A stretch of DNA of 64,000 nucleotides from an uncultured Lentimicrobiaceae bacterium. GTDB lineage: Bacteria; Bacteroidota; Bacteroidia; Bacteroidales; WCHB1-69. Shown here piece after piece: positions 1 to 8,792 of the stretch. The translations under genes and the position numbers were made by a program. The stretch is taken from contig CAZFPO010000001.1 of the NCBI GenBank assembly GCA_964521105.1, positions 143 through 64,142 on the forward strand, written 5' to 3'. How positions within the stretch are numbered: the first letter of the stretch is position 1; the number at the start of each line of letters is the position of its first letter. Below the pieces are notes generated by a model. It was not told the DNA's origin, made no database searches, and saw only the letters and a program-made list of their open reading frames with translations.

Positions 1-113
1 AATTTATTATTTTACGGGATGAAAATCCAATAGGTTTACCTGCTTCCATTTTTATTGATTACATAGAAAAAACGCTGTTTCAAATATTTATAGATATTAT
101 TTCCGAAATATAA
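1..113 (+). CDS. 3' end of an unidentified gene (partial; continues upstream of the window)
   Basis: Frame 3 is open from the window edge to TAA at 111-113 (...ENPIGLPASIFIDYIEKTLFQIFIDIISEI*). A hairpin follows 12 nt later. Too short to assign a family. Confidence 0.3.
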   Translation, partial: FIILRDENPIGLPASIFIDYIEKTLFQIFIDIISEI

Positions 114-124
114 TCTTTATTCTG

Positions 125-154
125 CATCAGAGTCTCCTAAAAGGGACTCTGATG
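125..154 (+). terminator. Hairpin CATCAGAGTC-TCCTAAAAGG-GACTCTGATG after the partial gene; member of a dispersed palindrome family
   Basis: The 10-nt arms are exact reverse complements and are followed by TGTTTATTTTAT. The position just after a stop codon fits an intrinsic terminator, but the same core recurs at 48.2-49.4 kb. Confidence 0.45.
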
Positions 155-187
155 TTTATTTTATCGAAATATATTTCTGTAAATCAT

Positions 188-195
188 TAAATTTG
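188..195 (+). promoter_or_regulatory. Candidate Bacteroidota -7 box TAAATTTG upstream of the LysE-family gene
   Basis: Matches TAnnTTTG and ends 30 nt before the ATG at 226. No clear -33 TTTG at the right spacing. Confidence 0.3.
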
Positions 196-225
196 CGGAA
201 ATATGGAAACAAAAGCATCTAAATC

Positions 226-849
226 ATGGAAATAACCTCCTTCACGCTTATTCTAATGGGTGCTGTTTTTGGCTTATCGGCAGGAATGTCGCCAGGACCG
301 TTGTTAACTCTTGTCATCACACAAACATTAAAACACAATCGTTCCGAAGGTGTAAAAGTTGCGTTAGTACCCTTAATTACCGATTTACCGATTATTGCAA
401 TTACTTTTTTTGTTTTTTCAAGATTCTCTCAATCAAATATAGTGTTTAGCATAATTTCGTTTGTAGGGGCAATTTTTATAGCCTATTTAGGATTCGAAAC
501 GATGAAAATTAAAACCATAAGCTTTGATATTCAAAATAAGAAACCAAATTCTCTAAAAAAGGGAATCATAGCAAATTTTTTAAATCCTCATCCATATCTT
601 TTTTGGCTTACTGTTGGAACTCCTACCGCTTTTAAAGCCTATGAAGCTGGTCTTTTAGTAGCAATATTTTATTTTCTTTCGTTTTATATTTGTTTGATTG
701 GTTCTAAAACAATTCTTGCTTTTATTATCGAAAAATCCAAGTCATTTATAAAAAATAAAATTTATATATGGACGATGCGTATTCTCGGAATTGCCCTTCT
801 GATATTTTCGGTTTTATTATTTTACGATGGATTTATAATGCTATATTAA
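226..849 (+). CDS. LysE/RhtB family amino-acid exporter
   Basis: 207-aa polytopic membrane protein. The N-terminal GxSPGP motif (SAGMSPGPLLTLV) and overall size and topology are typical of LysE-type translocators. Confidence 0.8.
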   Translation: MEITSFTLILMGAVFGLSAGMSPGPLLTLVITQTLKHNRSEGVKVALVPLITDLPIIAITFFVFSRFSQSNIVFSIISFVGAIFIAYLGFETMKIKTISFDIQNKKPNSLKKGIIANFLNPHPYLFWLTVGTPTAFKAYEAGLLVAIFYFLSFYICLIGSKTILAFIIEKSKSFIKNKIYIWTMRILGIALLIFSVLLFYDGFIMLY

Positions 850-864
850 TTTTAATCTTTTTAA

Positions 865-872
865 TATATTTG
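865..872 (+). promoter_or_regulatory. Candidate -7 box TATATTTG upstream of the PLD-like gene
   Basis: Matches TAnnTTTG, 22 nt upstream of the ATG at 895. Confidence 0.3.
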
Positions 873-894
873 CTAAAACTTAAACAAACTTGTT

Positions 895-2232
895 ATGAAT
901 TGTCGAGATTTAAGCACTAAGTACTTTTTGCTGATTTTGGTGATGGGATTTACCAATTTATCCCATTCGCAAAACATCCGAGTTCTCTTTAATCAATCGG
1001 TAGATAATAGTGTTTCGTCTATAACCGATGCTGTTGAAGCCATAAATATTGAAGATTCCATCTGTAAATATATTGACATGGCAACTTCAAGTGTAGATAT
1101 TGCAGTTTGGGATAATGGAAGTTCAAAAATTATCAATGCTTTAAATAATGCCTATAATAGAGGTGTTATTGTTCGTTACATTTCAAGCAGCAACAGCATA
1201 AATAGTGCTTTGTCGAGTTTAAATTCAGGGATTTCGGTACTTGAAAGAGATGCTAGCATTAGCACGAATGTTATGCACAACAAATTTGTATTGATTGACA
1301 ATTCTTTTATGTTTACAGGTTCGATGAATTTCGGAAACGGGAGCATGTTTGATGACTATAATAATTTAGTGTTTATTTTCGATAATACGATAACTCAGGC
1401 ATATAAGGCGGAGTTTGATGAAATGTGGGGAGGAACTGGAGCTCAGTCAAATACAGCGAATAGTAAATTTGGACCTGATAAAACGGACAACACTCCGCAT
1501 CATTTTACCATTGGTGGAAGTGGGGTTGAACTCTATTTTTCGCCAACCGATGGTACCACTTTGAAAATTGTAGAAGCCATAAATACAGCCAACTATTCAC
1601 TCGATATTGCCATGTTTACTTTTATAAATAATGATATCGGCGATGCTGTTGTTGCTGCAAAAAATAGGGGAGTAGTCGTGAGGGCGATTATTGAGAATGT
1701 CAATTATGTTGGTTCCGAACATTCTTCCTTAATAAGTAATGGAATTAACGTGCTATCACACTCTAGTGTTCCATTCGATTTCCATCATAAATATTGTATT
1801 ATTGATGCTAATAATGCTAATTCGGATCCAGTAGTAATTACGGGTTCGCACAATTGGACAAATTCTGCCGAAGAAGATAATGACGAAAATACATTGATTA
1901 TTCACAGTCAAATTATTGCCAATCAGTATTTAGAAGAGTTTTCAAAACGATTTTCGGAATTATCACCGTCAAGTGTTGTAAATCAAACCTCCAATAATCA
2001 AGTTGCAATCTTTCCAAACCCCACAAGAGATTCATTTAAAATTGTTTCTGCAAAAAATATGAACAATTCAAAGTTGCTCATTCAATCCATAGATGGCTTG
2101 ATTATACTTGAAAAGTCAGATTTTAGCGGATTTGAATGTGTTGTAGATATTTCCAATTTAGCCAAGGGAATATATTTTGTTTATCTTTATCAGGATAAAG
2201 AGCTAAATGTTTTGAAGTTAATGAATGAATAA
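895..2232 (+). CDS. Secreted phospholipase D / Nuc-like HKD phosphodiesterase with T9SS C-terminal sorting domain
   Basis: N-terminal signal peptide. Two HKD motifs (HNKFVLIDNS...GSMNF and HHKYCIIDAN...GSHNWTNSA). The C-terminal ~80 aa (VAIFPNPTRDSFKI...GIYFVYL) looks like a Por/T9SS secretion tag. Confidence 0.8.
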   Translation: MNCRDLSTKYFLLILVMGFTNLSHSQNIRVLFNQSVDNSVSSITDAVEAINIEDSICKYIDMATSSVDIAVWDNGSSKIINALNNAYNRGVIVRYISSSNSINSALSSLNSGISVLERDASISTNVMHNKFVLIDNSFMFTGSMNFGNGSMFDDYNNLVFIFDNTITQAYKAEFDEMWGGTGAQSNTANSKFGPDKTDNTPHHFTIGGSGVELYFSPTDGTTLKIVEAINTANYSLDIAMFTFINNDIGDAVVAAKNRGVVVRAIIENVNYVGSEHSSLISNGINVLSHSSVPFDFHHKYCIIDANNANSDPVVITGSHNWTNSAEEDNDENTLIIHSQIIANQYLEEFSKRFSELSPSSVVNQTSNNQVAIFPNPTRDSFKIVSAKNMNNSKLLIQSIDGLIILEKSDFSGFECVVDISNLAKGIYFVYLYQDKELNVLKLMNE

Positions 2233-2233
2233 T

Positions 2234-2812
2234 TTATTCGTTTTCATTTTTTAAAATTGAATCAATTACCATAGGCAGGTGCTCGTATTCTAATTGATGA
2301 ATTCTTGCAGCAAGAGAATCAATGGTGTCATTAGAGTTAACCTTACATTTTGCTTGTAGTAAAATGTTGCCTTTATCATATTCTTCATTAACATAGTGGA
2401 TAGTAATTCCGGTTTCCAATTCTTTATTTTCCAATACTGCTTGATGAACATTACTACCAAACATACCTTTGCCCCCATATTTTGGAAGAAGAGCAGGGTG
2501 GAGGTTGATTATTTGATTAGGGAATTTATTAATGAATGATTTTGGAATAAGCCATAAAAATCCAGCGAGTACTATTAAATCGGGATTTATTGTCAAAATT
2601 TCATGTAAAACAATGTCGGAGTTATAAAATTCTTTTTTTGAAAATACTCGGCATTGAATATTTTCAGCTTTTGCACGTTCAATTACATATGCATTAGGAT
2701 TATTACAAAAAATTGAATCTATTATAATATTAGGTTGGGTTTTGAAATAATCGATAATACGTTGAGCATTTGAGCCGTTTCCACTAGCAAAAATTACTAT
2801 TTTCTTGATCAT
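2234..2812 (-). CDS. purN: Phosphoribosylglycinamide formyltransferase
   Basis: MIKKIVIFASGNGSNAQ...NLHPALLPKYGG...H is the canonical PurN pattern. I prefer the ATG at 2812 over the ORF-track start at 2854, which adds 14 non-homologous residues. Confidence 0.9.
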   Translation of the reverse strand: MIKKIVIFASGNGSNAQRIIDYFKTQPNIIIDSIFCNNPNAYVIERAKAENIQCRVFSKKEFYNSDIVLHEILTINPDLIVLAGFLWLIPKSFINKFPNQIINLHPALLPKYGGKGMFGSNVHQAVLENKELETGITIHYVNEEYDKGNILLQAKCKVNSNDTIDSLAARIHQLEYEHLPMVIDSILKNENE

Positions 2813-3104
2813 TAGGTGAAAATTATTTAATTGCAAAAGTACTTTTTTTTTCATTTCAATTTTAATTTTATAATATATTGCAAATCAGATGTGTAATTAA
2901 TTATTTAAAAATTATTTACCGTATTACTATAAAAAGGAAAGATTTTGAAAACACATATTGAAACTTGTAATTTTTCATAGAAATAAGCGTTAAAATAACA
3001 AGATTTTAATAAACATTAACAATTGTATTGATTTGAGAATAAACGAATTAAAGCCATAAAAACAACAATATAGTAAATTTAATAATGAGGTAATAAAAAA
3101 AGAT

Positions 3105-3112
3105 TAATTTTG
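3105..3112 (+). promoter_or_regulatory. Candidate -7 box TAATTTTG upstream of acpP
   Basis: Matches TAnnTTTG, 26 nt upstream of the acpP ATG. Confidence 0.3.
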
Positions 3113-3138
3113 CAGGGTTAAATCAAAAAACAAAAATT

Positions 3139-3375
3139 ATGTCTGAAATTGCAGAAAAAGTTAAAGCTATCATCGTTGATAAATTAGGCGTTGATGAAAA
3201 TGAAGTTGCTCCTGAAGCAAGTTTTACTAATGATTTAGGTGCAGATTCTCTCGACACTGTTGAATTGATTATGGAATTTGAAAAAGAATTCAATATAGCG
3301 ATTCCTGATGATCAAGCTGAAAAAATTTCTACGGTAGGTGATGCTATTACCTATATTGAAAACAATGCAAATTAA
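3139..3375 (+). CDS. acpP: Acyl carrier protein
   Basis: 78 aa with the phosphopantetheine attachment motif [16 protein letters not shown]. Confidence 0.95.
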   Translation: MSEIAEKVKAIIVDKLGVDENEVAPEASFTNDLGADSLDTVELIMEFEKEFNIAIPDDQAEKISTVGDAITYIENNAN

Positions 3376-3405
3376 TTTTATTTAGTAACAAACACTTTTT
3401 CCTTG

Positions 3406-4659
3406 ATGGAGTTAAAAAGAGTTGTTGTTACCGGCTTAGGAGCCCTTACCCCAATTGGAAATACCGTTGAAGAATACTGGAACGGTTTGATAAATGGGGT
3501 GAGTGGTGCCGCTGGTATCACGCGTTTTGATGCCACGCAGTTCAAAACGCATTTTGCTTGCGAAGTTAAAAATTTTGACCCTTCTATACACTTCGACAGA
3601 AAAGAAGCCCGTAAATTAGATTTGTTTACTCAATTTGCCATGGTAGTTGCTGATCAAGCGGTTAAAGATTCCGAAATGAATCTTGAAACAGTTGATTTAG
3701 ACAGGATTGGTGTTATATGGGGAACAGGAATTGGCGGGTTTACTACATTTATTGAAGAAATTACAAACTATACGAACGGTGGTGGAGTGCCTCGCTTTAA
3801 TCCATTTTTTATTCCTAAGGTGATTGGAGACATTGCTGCAGGTCATATATCAATGAAATATGGTTTTGCTGGTCCCAATTATGTTACGACTTCCGCTTGT
3901 GCATCTGCTGCTAATGCAATTAGCGATGCTTTCATACATATTATGATTGGTGATTGTGATATGGTGGTTACTGGTGGCTCCGAAGCGGGTATTAACGAAG
4001 CGGGTATTGGTGGATTTGGCGCAATGCATGCTATATCTGCTCGTAATGATGACCCAAAAACTGCTTCTCGTCCGTTTGATGTAGACAGAGATGGGTTTGT
4101 TTTAGGTGAAGGTGCTGCTGCATTGGTACTTGAAGAGTATGAACATGCTAAAGCTCGTGGTGCAAAAATTTATGCCGAAATAATTGGATATGGTCTTTCA
4201 GCTGATGCTCACCACCTTACTGCCCCTCATCCCGAAGGTCATGGCGCAATGAAAGCTATGAAAAAAGCTATTGATCAAGGTAATATAAATATTTCTGACA
4301 TAGACCATATTAACACGCATGGAACTTCAACCCCAGTTGGTGATGTTGCCGAAATTAGTGCTATTATGAATTTATTTGGCGAACATGCATTTAAAATTAA
4401 TATTAATTCAACTAAATCAATGACGGGGCACCTTTTAGGAGCTGCTGCCGCAGTTGAAGCTGTTGCCACAGTTTTAGCCGTTAAAAATGACCTTGTTCCT
4501 CCTACAATTAATCAATTTAATTTAGACCCTCAAATCGACCCTAAGTTAAATTTTACTTTTAATAAAGCTCAAAATAGAGTGGTAAATTATGCACTTTCAA
4601 ATGCTTTTGGATTTGGAGGACATAATACATCGTTATTGTTTAAAAAGTTTACCGAATAG
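3406..4659 (+). CDS. fabF: Beta-ketoacyl-ACP synthase II
   Basis: Full-length KAS II similarity (active-site TSACAS, HGTSTP, GHLLGAAG-like motifs), directly downstream of acpP. The ATG at 3406 is one codon after the TTG used by the ORF track. Confidence 0.95.
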   Translation: MELKRVVVTGLGALTPIGNTVEEYWNGLINGVSGAAGITRFDATQFKTHFACEVKNFDPSIHFDRKEARKLDLFTQFAMVVADQAVKDSEMNLETVDLDRIGVIWGTGIGGFTTFIEEITNYTNGGGVPRFNPFFIPKVIGDIAAGHISMKYGFAGPNYVTTSACASAANAISDAFIHIMIGDCDMVVTGGSEAGINEAGIGGFGAMHAISARNDDPKTASRPFDVDRDGFVLGEGAAALVLEEYEHAKARGAKIYAEIIGYGLSADAHHLTAPHPEGHGAMKAMKKAIDQGNINISDIDHINTHGTSTPVGDVAEISAIMNLFGEHAFKININSTKSMTGHLLGAAAAVEAVATVLAVKNDLVPPTINQFNLDPQIDPKLNFTFNKAQNRVVNYALSNAFGFGGHNTSLLFKKFTE

Positions 4660-4660
4660 T

Positions 4661-5377
4661 TTGATCTTGTTTAAGATATTCAAAAAACAAAACGACAAAT
4701 ATCAATTGTCAAAATACATTAAAAATATTTTTGGGTTTACTCCCAAAAATATTTTTTTGTATGAGTTAGCATTTACTCACTCATCTGCTGCTCAAACTAG
4801 TAACGGAAGAAAGATTAATTATGAACGCTTAGAATATCTTGGAGATGCCATTTTGGGGGCTATCGTTGCCGATTATCTCTATAAAAAATTTCCTAATACC
4901 GATGAAGGTTTTCTTACAGAAACCCGATCGAAACTTGTAAGTAGAGCTAATTTAGGTAAACTCGCTCTAAAACTAGGAATGGATAAAAAAGCCATCGTTT
5001 CCGATTGTTATTCTGGCTCTAAATCGCTAAGTGGCGATTTATTTGAAGCCTTTATTGGGGCTGTATATATTGACAAAGGGTATTCATTTACACAAAATTT
5101 AGTGGTGCGAAAAATCTTTGCCAATTTTTTAGATATGGATGAAATTTTGAAAAAAGAAACCAACTTTAAGAGTCGATTAATTGAAGACTGTCAGCGGGAT
5201 AAACTTACTCTGGAATTTCATGTAATAAAAGAGGAATTGGTGAAAAATCGAAAACAATTTTGGGTTGAAGTTGTAATAGATGGTGAAAATACTGGCGTAG
5301 TAGCCTGCGAATACAACATTAAAGCAGCCGAACAACTTGCATCTGAACACTATTTTTTAATGAAATCAGAAACCTAA
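4661..5377 (+). CDS. rnc: Ribonuclease III
   Basis: RNase III signature ERLEYLGDAILG plus a C-terminal dsRBD. The track ORF starts at 4589 inside fabF. An in-frame TTG at 4661, just after the fabF stop, gives an N-terminus of typical length. The start is uncertain. Confidence 0.85.
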   Translation: MILFKIFKKQNDKYQLSKYIKNIFGFTPKNIFLYELAFTHSSAAQTSNGRKINYERLEYLGDAILGAIVADYLYKKFPNTDEGFLTETRSKLVSRANLGKLALKLGMDKKAIVSDCYSGSKSLSGDLFEAFIGAVYIDKGYSFTQNLVVRKIFANFLDMDEILKKETNFKSRLIEDCQRDKLTLEFHVIKEELVKNRKQFWVEVVIDGENTGVVACEYNIKAAEQLASEHYFLMKSET

Positions 5378-5447
5378 TCGGTGATTTGATTTTTTTTCTG
5401 TTTCTAAAATTCCATAAGTTCAATTAGTAAATGCAACTTTTTATTAT

Positions 5448-5455
5448 TATATTTG
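5448..5455 (+). promoter_or_regulatory. Candidate -7 box TATATTTG upstream of the AbiE pair
   Basis: Matches TAnnTTTG, 29 nt upstream of the ATG at 5485. Confidence 0.3.
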
Positions 5456-5484
5456 CAAACTGATAATCTAAAATATTTGGATTT

Positions 5485-6063
5485 ATGGTTGGTGAAATAA
5501 AGAAGGATATTATTTTTGAAATCTATCGCGATTCGCGTACTGTTTTCAGAATCAATGATATCGCTATTTTGATGAACGATGTAAAAGATTCTAACTTATC
5601 CAAAAAAATGAATTATTATGTTCAAACAGGAAAATTGCTTAATCCACGAAAAGGATTTTATGCAAAGTTCGGTTACAATCCCGAAGAATTAGCATGTTTA
5701 TTATTTACACCTACATACATTTCTCTCGAATATGTATTGCAGCAATCGGGACTTATCTTTCAATATAGTAATACATTAACCAATATAAGCTATCTTTCGA
5801 GAGAAGTTAAAATTGATAGTCAAACTATCCGATATAGACAAATAAAGGGAGAAATTTTAACAAATACTTCGGGAATTGTTTTGAACACAAACAATACAAA
5901 TATCGCTTCAACAGAACGTGCTTTTTTGGATATGTTGTATTTGGACAAAGATTTTTATTTTGATAACCTACATATTCTTGACCAAAAAAAGTTGTCAAAA
6001 CTATTGCCATTATACAAATCTCAAACATTAAATAGAACTGTAAGTAATTTAATATCAATATGA
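5485..6063 (+). CDS. AbiEi-like antitoxin / transcriptional regulator (type IV TA)
   Basis: 192 aa. Pattern NPRKGFY...FTPTYISLEYVLQQSGLI...STERAFLDMLYL resembles AbiEi antitoxins. Overlaps the downstream AbiEii-like gene by 4 nt (ATGA). Confidence 0.65.
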   Translation: MVGEIKKDIIFEIYRDSRTVFRINDIAILMNDVKDSNLSKKMNYYVQTGKLLNPRKGFYAKFGYNPEELACLLFTPTYISLEYVLQQSGLIFQYSNTLTNISYLSREVKIDSQTIRYRQIKGEILTNTSGIVLNTNNTNIASTERAFLDMLYLDKDFYFDNLHILDQKKLSKLLPLYKSQTLNRTVSNLISI

Positions 6064-6761
6064 TAGATGTAAATAAGCATAAATTTTATTTAGTACAGTT
6101 ACTCAAGGATATATATTCCGATACTGAACTTGCAAATTGTTTAGGGTTTAAAGGGGGTACGGCTATGATCTTTTTCTATAATCTACCTCGTTTTTCGGTA
6201 GATTTGGATTTCAATCTGCTTTTACCTGAAAAACAAGGGGTTGTTTATTCAAAAATTCACAAAATTGTACTTAAATATGGAAAAATTCATGATGAGGCAA
6301 ATAAAATAAACGGTGATATTATTGTCCTTGATTACGGAGTTAAGGAACGTAAGTTGAAAATTGAAATATCTAACCGACAATTCAACGATGTGTATGAAGT
6401 CAAAAATTTACTAGGCATCAATATGAGAGTGATGACATTGAGTAATATGTTTTCACATAAACTTTGCGCATTACTCGACAGAAGTAGTCTTACAAATCGG
6501 GATATTTTTGATTGTTATTTTTTTATGAGTCGTCAAACGCCACTTAACAAAAAAGTTGTAGAACAACGAACAGGTTACGCAATGTCGATTTATATTCAAA
6601 ATTGCATCGATGCAATTGAAACAATGCCTAATAAAAGTTTACTAGACGGAATTGGAGAATTAGTTGATTTGGATTTAAAATCGTTTGTTCGAAATAAATT
6701 GAAAAATGAAATATTAACCTTACTAAGGTTTTATAAAGAATACCCGATATTACTGCCTTAA
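6060..6761 (+). CDS. Nucleotidyltransferase AbiEii/AbiGii family toxin (type IV TA / abortive infection)
   Basis: The N-terminal motif GFKGGTAMIFFYNLPRFSVDLDF is the hallmark NTase motif of AbiEii. The gene is translationally coupled to its upstream partner. Confidence 0.8.
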   Translation: MIDVNKHKFYLVQLLKDIYSDTELANCLGFKGGTAMIFFYNLPRFSVDLDFNLLLPEKQGVVYSKIHKIVLKYGKIHDEANKINGDIIVLDYGVKERKLKIEISNRQFNDVYEVKNLLGINMRVMTLSNMFSHKLCALLDRSSLTNRDIFDCYFFMSRQTPLNKKVVEQRTGYAMSIYIQNCIDAIETMPNKSLLDGIGELVDLDLKSFVRNKLKNEILTLLRFYKEYPILLP

Positions 6762-7049
6762 TTCATAATTGTATTTTTGTTGTTTGCGATTTTATTAAAC
6801 TTTAACAGATTACTATCCAATATGGAATATCAAGAACCCCAAAACTCATAGTTTATAAAAAAAGGACACATTCCAATTTGTTTATCCCAAATCAATCAAT
6901 AGTAGATTTGAATAATTTTATTGATTTAATCCCGATTTTAGATTTGTTTCAGTTTGTTTCATCATATTGATTTAGAATTGTTTAGATATTTATATAGTTT
7001 TATTGCTTATTATGGGTTACAACGTGCCTATATTATAAAAAATCAAAAA

Positions 7050-7068
7050 AATGCATTGCAAATGCATT
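7050..7068. promoter_or_regulatory. Operator-like site AATGCATT-GCA-AATGCATT
   Basis: Two copies of a self-complementary 8-mer separated by 3 nt, about 68 nt upstream of the antiporter ATG at 7136. Confidence 0.25.
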
Positions 7069-7135
7069 AAATGTAAACTTGAAATTTTGATTAATTCATT
7101 TTTATTTGTATTTTGCGGTATCATATCTAAGTAAT

Positions 7136-8632
7136 ATGCACATAAAGATTGAAATTGTTTTATTCGTGTTATCAATTTTGTTTTTCTTAAGTATTTTGGC
7201 AGGGAAAGCAAGTTCAAGATTTGGTGTTCCAGCGTTGTTGCTTTTTTTGTCGGTTGGTATGTTGTGTGGAAGCGATGGCTTGGGAATTCAGTTTGAAAAC
7301 ATTTATGTTGCTCAAACAATCGGAACGATAGCTCTTTGTATCATTTTGTTTTCTGGAGGAATGGATACCAAGATTTCTGAAATTCGTCCAATTATCCCAC
7401 AAGGCATAATTTTAGCTACGTTTGGTGTTCTTCTTACGGCATTAATAACAGGCATTCTTGTTTGGTTTATTTTAGGAATGACTATGAAATCGGCTGGTAT
7501 AGGACTTTTGACATCACTTTTGTTGGCTGCCACAATGTCTTCAACAGATTCTGCCTCTGTTTTTTCAATATTAAGGTCGAAAAACTTGCAGCTTAAAAAT
7601 AATATTCGACCAATGCTTGAACTCGAAAGCGGGAGTAATGATCCAATGGCTTATGTATTGGTTATTACCCTAATTGAGATTGTTAAAATGGAAACTGAGC
7701 AGAATTACTGGCTCGCTGGTGGAGCATTATTACTTCAACTTGGGGTTGGTGCTTTAATAGGATTTTTATTAGGTAAATTTGCTGTTTTTGTAATAAATCG
7801 ACTTAAAATTGGAAACGATTCATTATACCCAATTTTGGTTTTCACTTTCTGTATTTTTATTTTTTCAACCACTTACTTTATTAAAGGAAATAGCTTTTTA
7901 GCAGTTTATATCAGCGGATTGGTTATTGGAAATTCTAAATTTGTTCATAAAAGGTCATCATTGAATTTTTTTGACGGACTAGCTTGGATGTTTCAATTAG
8001 TTATGTTTTTAACATTAGGACTTTTAGTAAATCCGCATGAATTAGTGCCAATTATTATTCCGGGTTTGATAATTAGTTTTTTGATGATATTCTTTTCTCG
8101 TCCTCTTTCCGTTTTTCTATGTTTACTTCCCTTTCGAAAAATGCCGTTTCGTGATAAAACATACGTGTCGTGGGTTGGTTTACGTGGGGCTGTTCCGATA
8201 ATATTTGCAATTATTCCTTTAGCCGAGAATGTTCCTCATGCTCGAATAATATTTAATATTGTTTTCTTTTGTACATTGGTTTCATTATTAGTTCAAGGTA
8301 CTTCGCTTTCGTTAATGGCTAAGTGGCTTAATTTAGCAGAAAAACAATTGAAGGTAAAGAAACTTAAAAATTTTGATGTCGATTTTTCAAATGATATTAA
8401 GTCGGTAATCACAGAAATCGAAATATCTAGTAATGTTTTAAGCGTAGGAAATAAGCTAATGAATCTTTCATTTCCAGAAAATACTATTGTAGTAATGGTT
8501 AAACGTGATGACAAATATTTTGTTCCAACTGGAAATACTATTCTTAAAGAGAATGACAAACTTATGATTATCACCGACAATCATAATGCTTTGCTTGAAA
8601 CGTATAAGAGTTTAGGAATTGAAAATATTTAG
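7136..8632 (+). CDS. K+/H+ (monovalent cation/proton) antiporter, CPA1 NhaP2/CvrA type, with C-terminal TrkA-C domain
   Basis: About 12 TM segments with Na_H-exchanger-like motifs (SSTDSASV, LESGSNDP) and a C-terminal RCK_C/TrkA-C domain (VMVKRDDKYFVPTGNTILKENDKLMII). I prefer the ATG at 7136 over the TTG at 7106. Confidence 0.85.
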   Translation: MHIKIEIVLFVLSILFFLSILAGKASSRFGVPALLLFLSVGMLCGSDGLGIQFENIYVAQTIGTIALCIILFSGGMDTKISEIRPIIPQGIILATFGVLLTALITGILVWFILGMTMKSAGIGLLTSLLLAATMSSTDSASVFSILRSKNLQLKNNIRPMLELESGSNDPMAYVLVITLIEIVKMETEQNYWLAGGALLLQLGVGALIGFLLGKFAVFVINRLKIGNDSLYPILVFTFCIFIFSTTYFIKGNSFLAVYISGLVIGNSKFVHKRSSLNFFDGLAWMFQLVMFLTLGLLVNPHELVPIIIPGLIISFLMIFFSRPLSVFLCLLPFRKMPFRDKTYVSWVGLRGAVPIIFAIIPLAENVPHARIIFNIVFFCTLVSLLVQGTSLSLMAKWLNLAEKQLKVKKLKNFDVDFSNDIKSVITEIEISSNVLSVGNKLMNLSFPENTIVVMVKRDDKYFVPTGNTILKENDKLMIITDNHNALLETYKSLGIENI

Positions 8633-8792
8633 ATAAAAATTGTTTTAAATTTGTTTGGGATTTTAATCAATAGTGTATCGCAACGTAAACTCTATAATAA
8701 TTATTTTTATATTTATTGAAATGTTTAGTATGTTTGTATACAGATTTTTGCGTTTGATGAATTAACTGATGTTAATTATTAAAAAAACTGAG

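Noticed and set aside
2813-2854. 14-codon N-terminal extension of purN
   Set aside because: PurN homology begins at MIKKIVIFASGNGSN. The extension is K/L-rich and unsupported.
4589-4660. Long rnc start overlapping fabF by 71 nt
   Set aside because: The extra 24 residues have no RNase III homology and lie inside fabF. An in-frame TTG right after the fabF stop gives a normal N-terminus.
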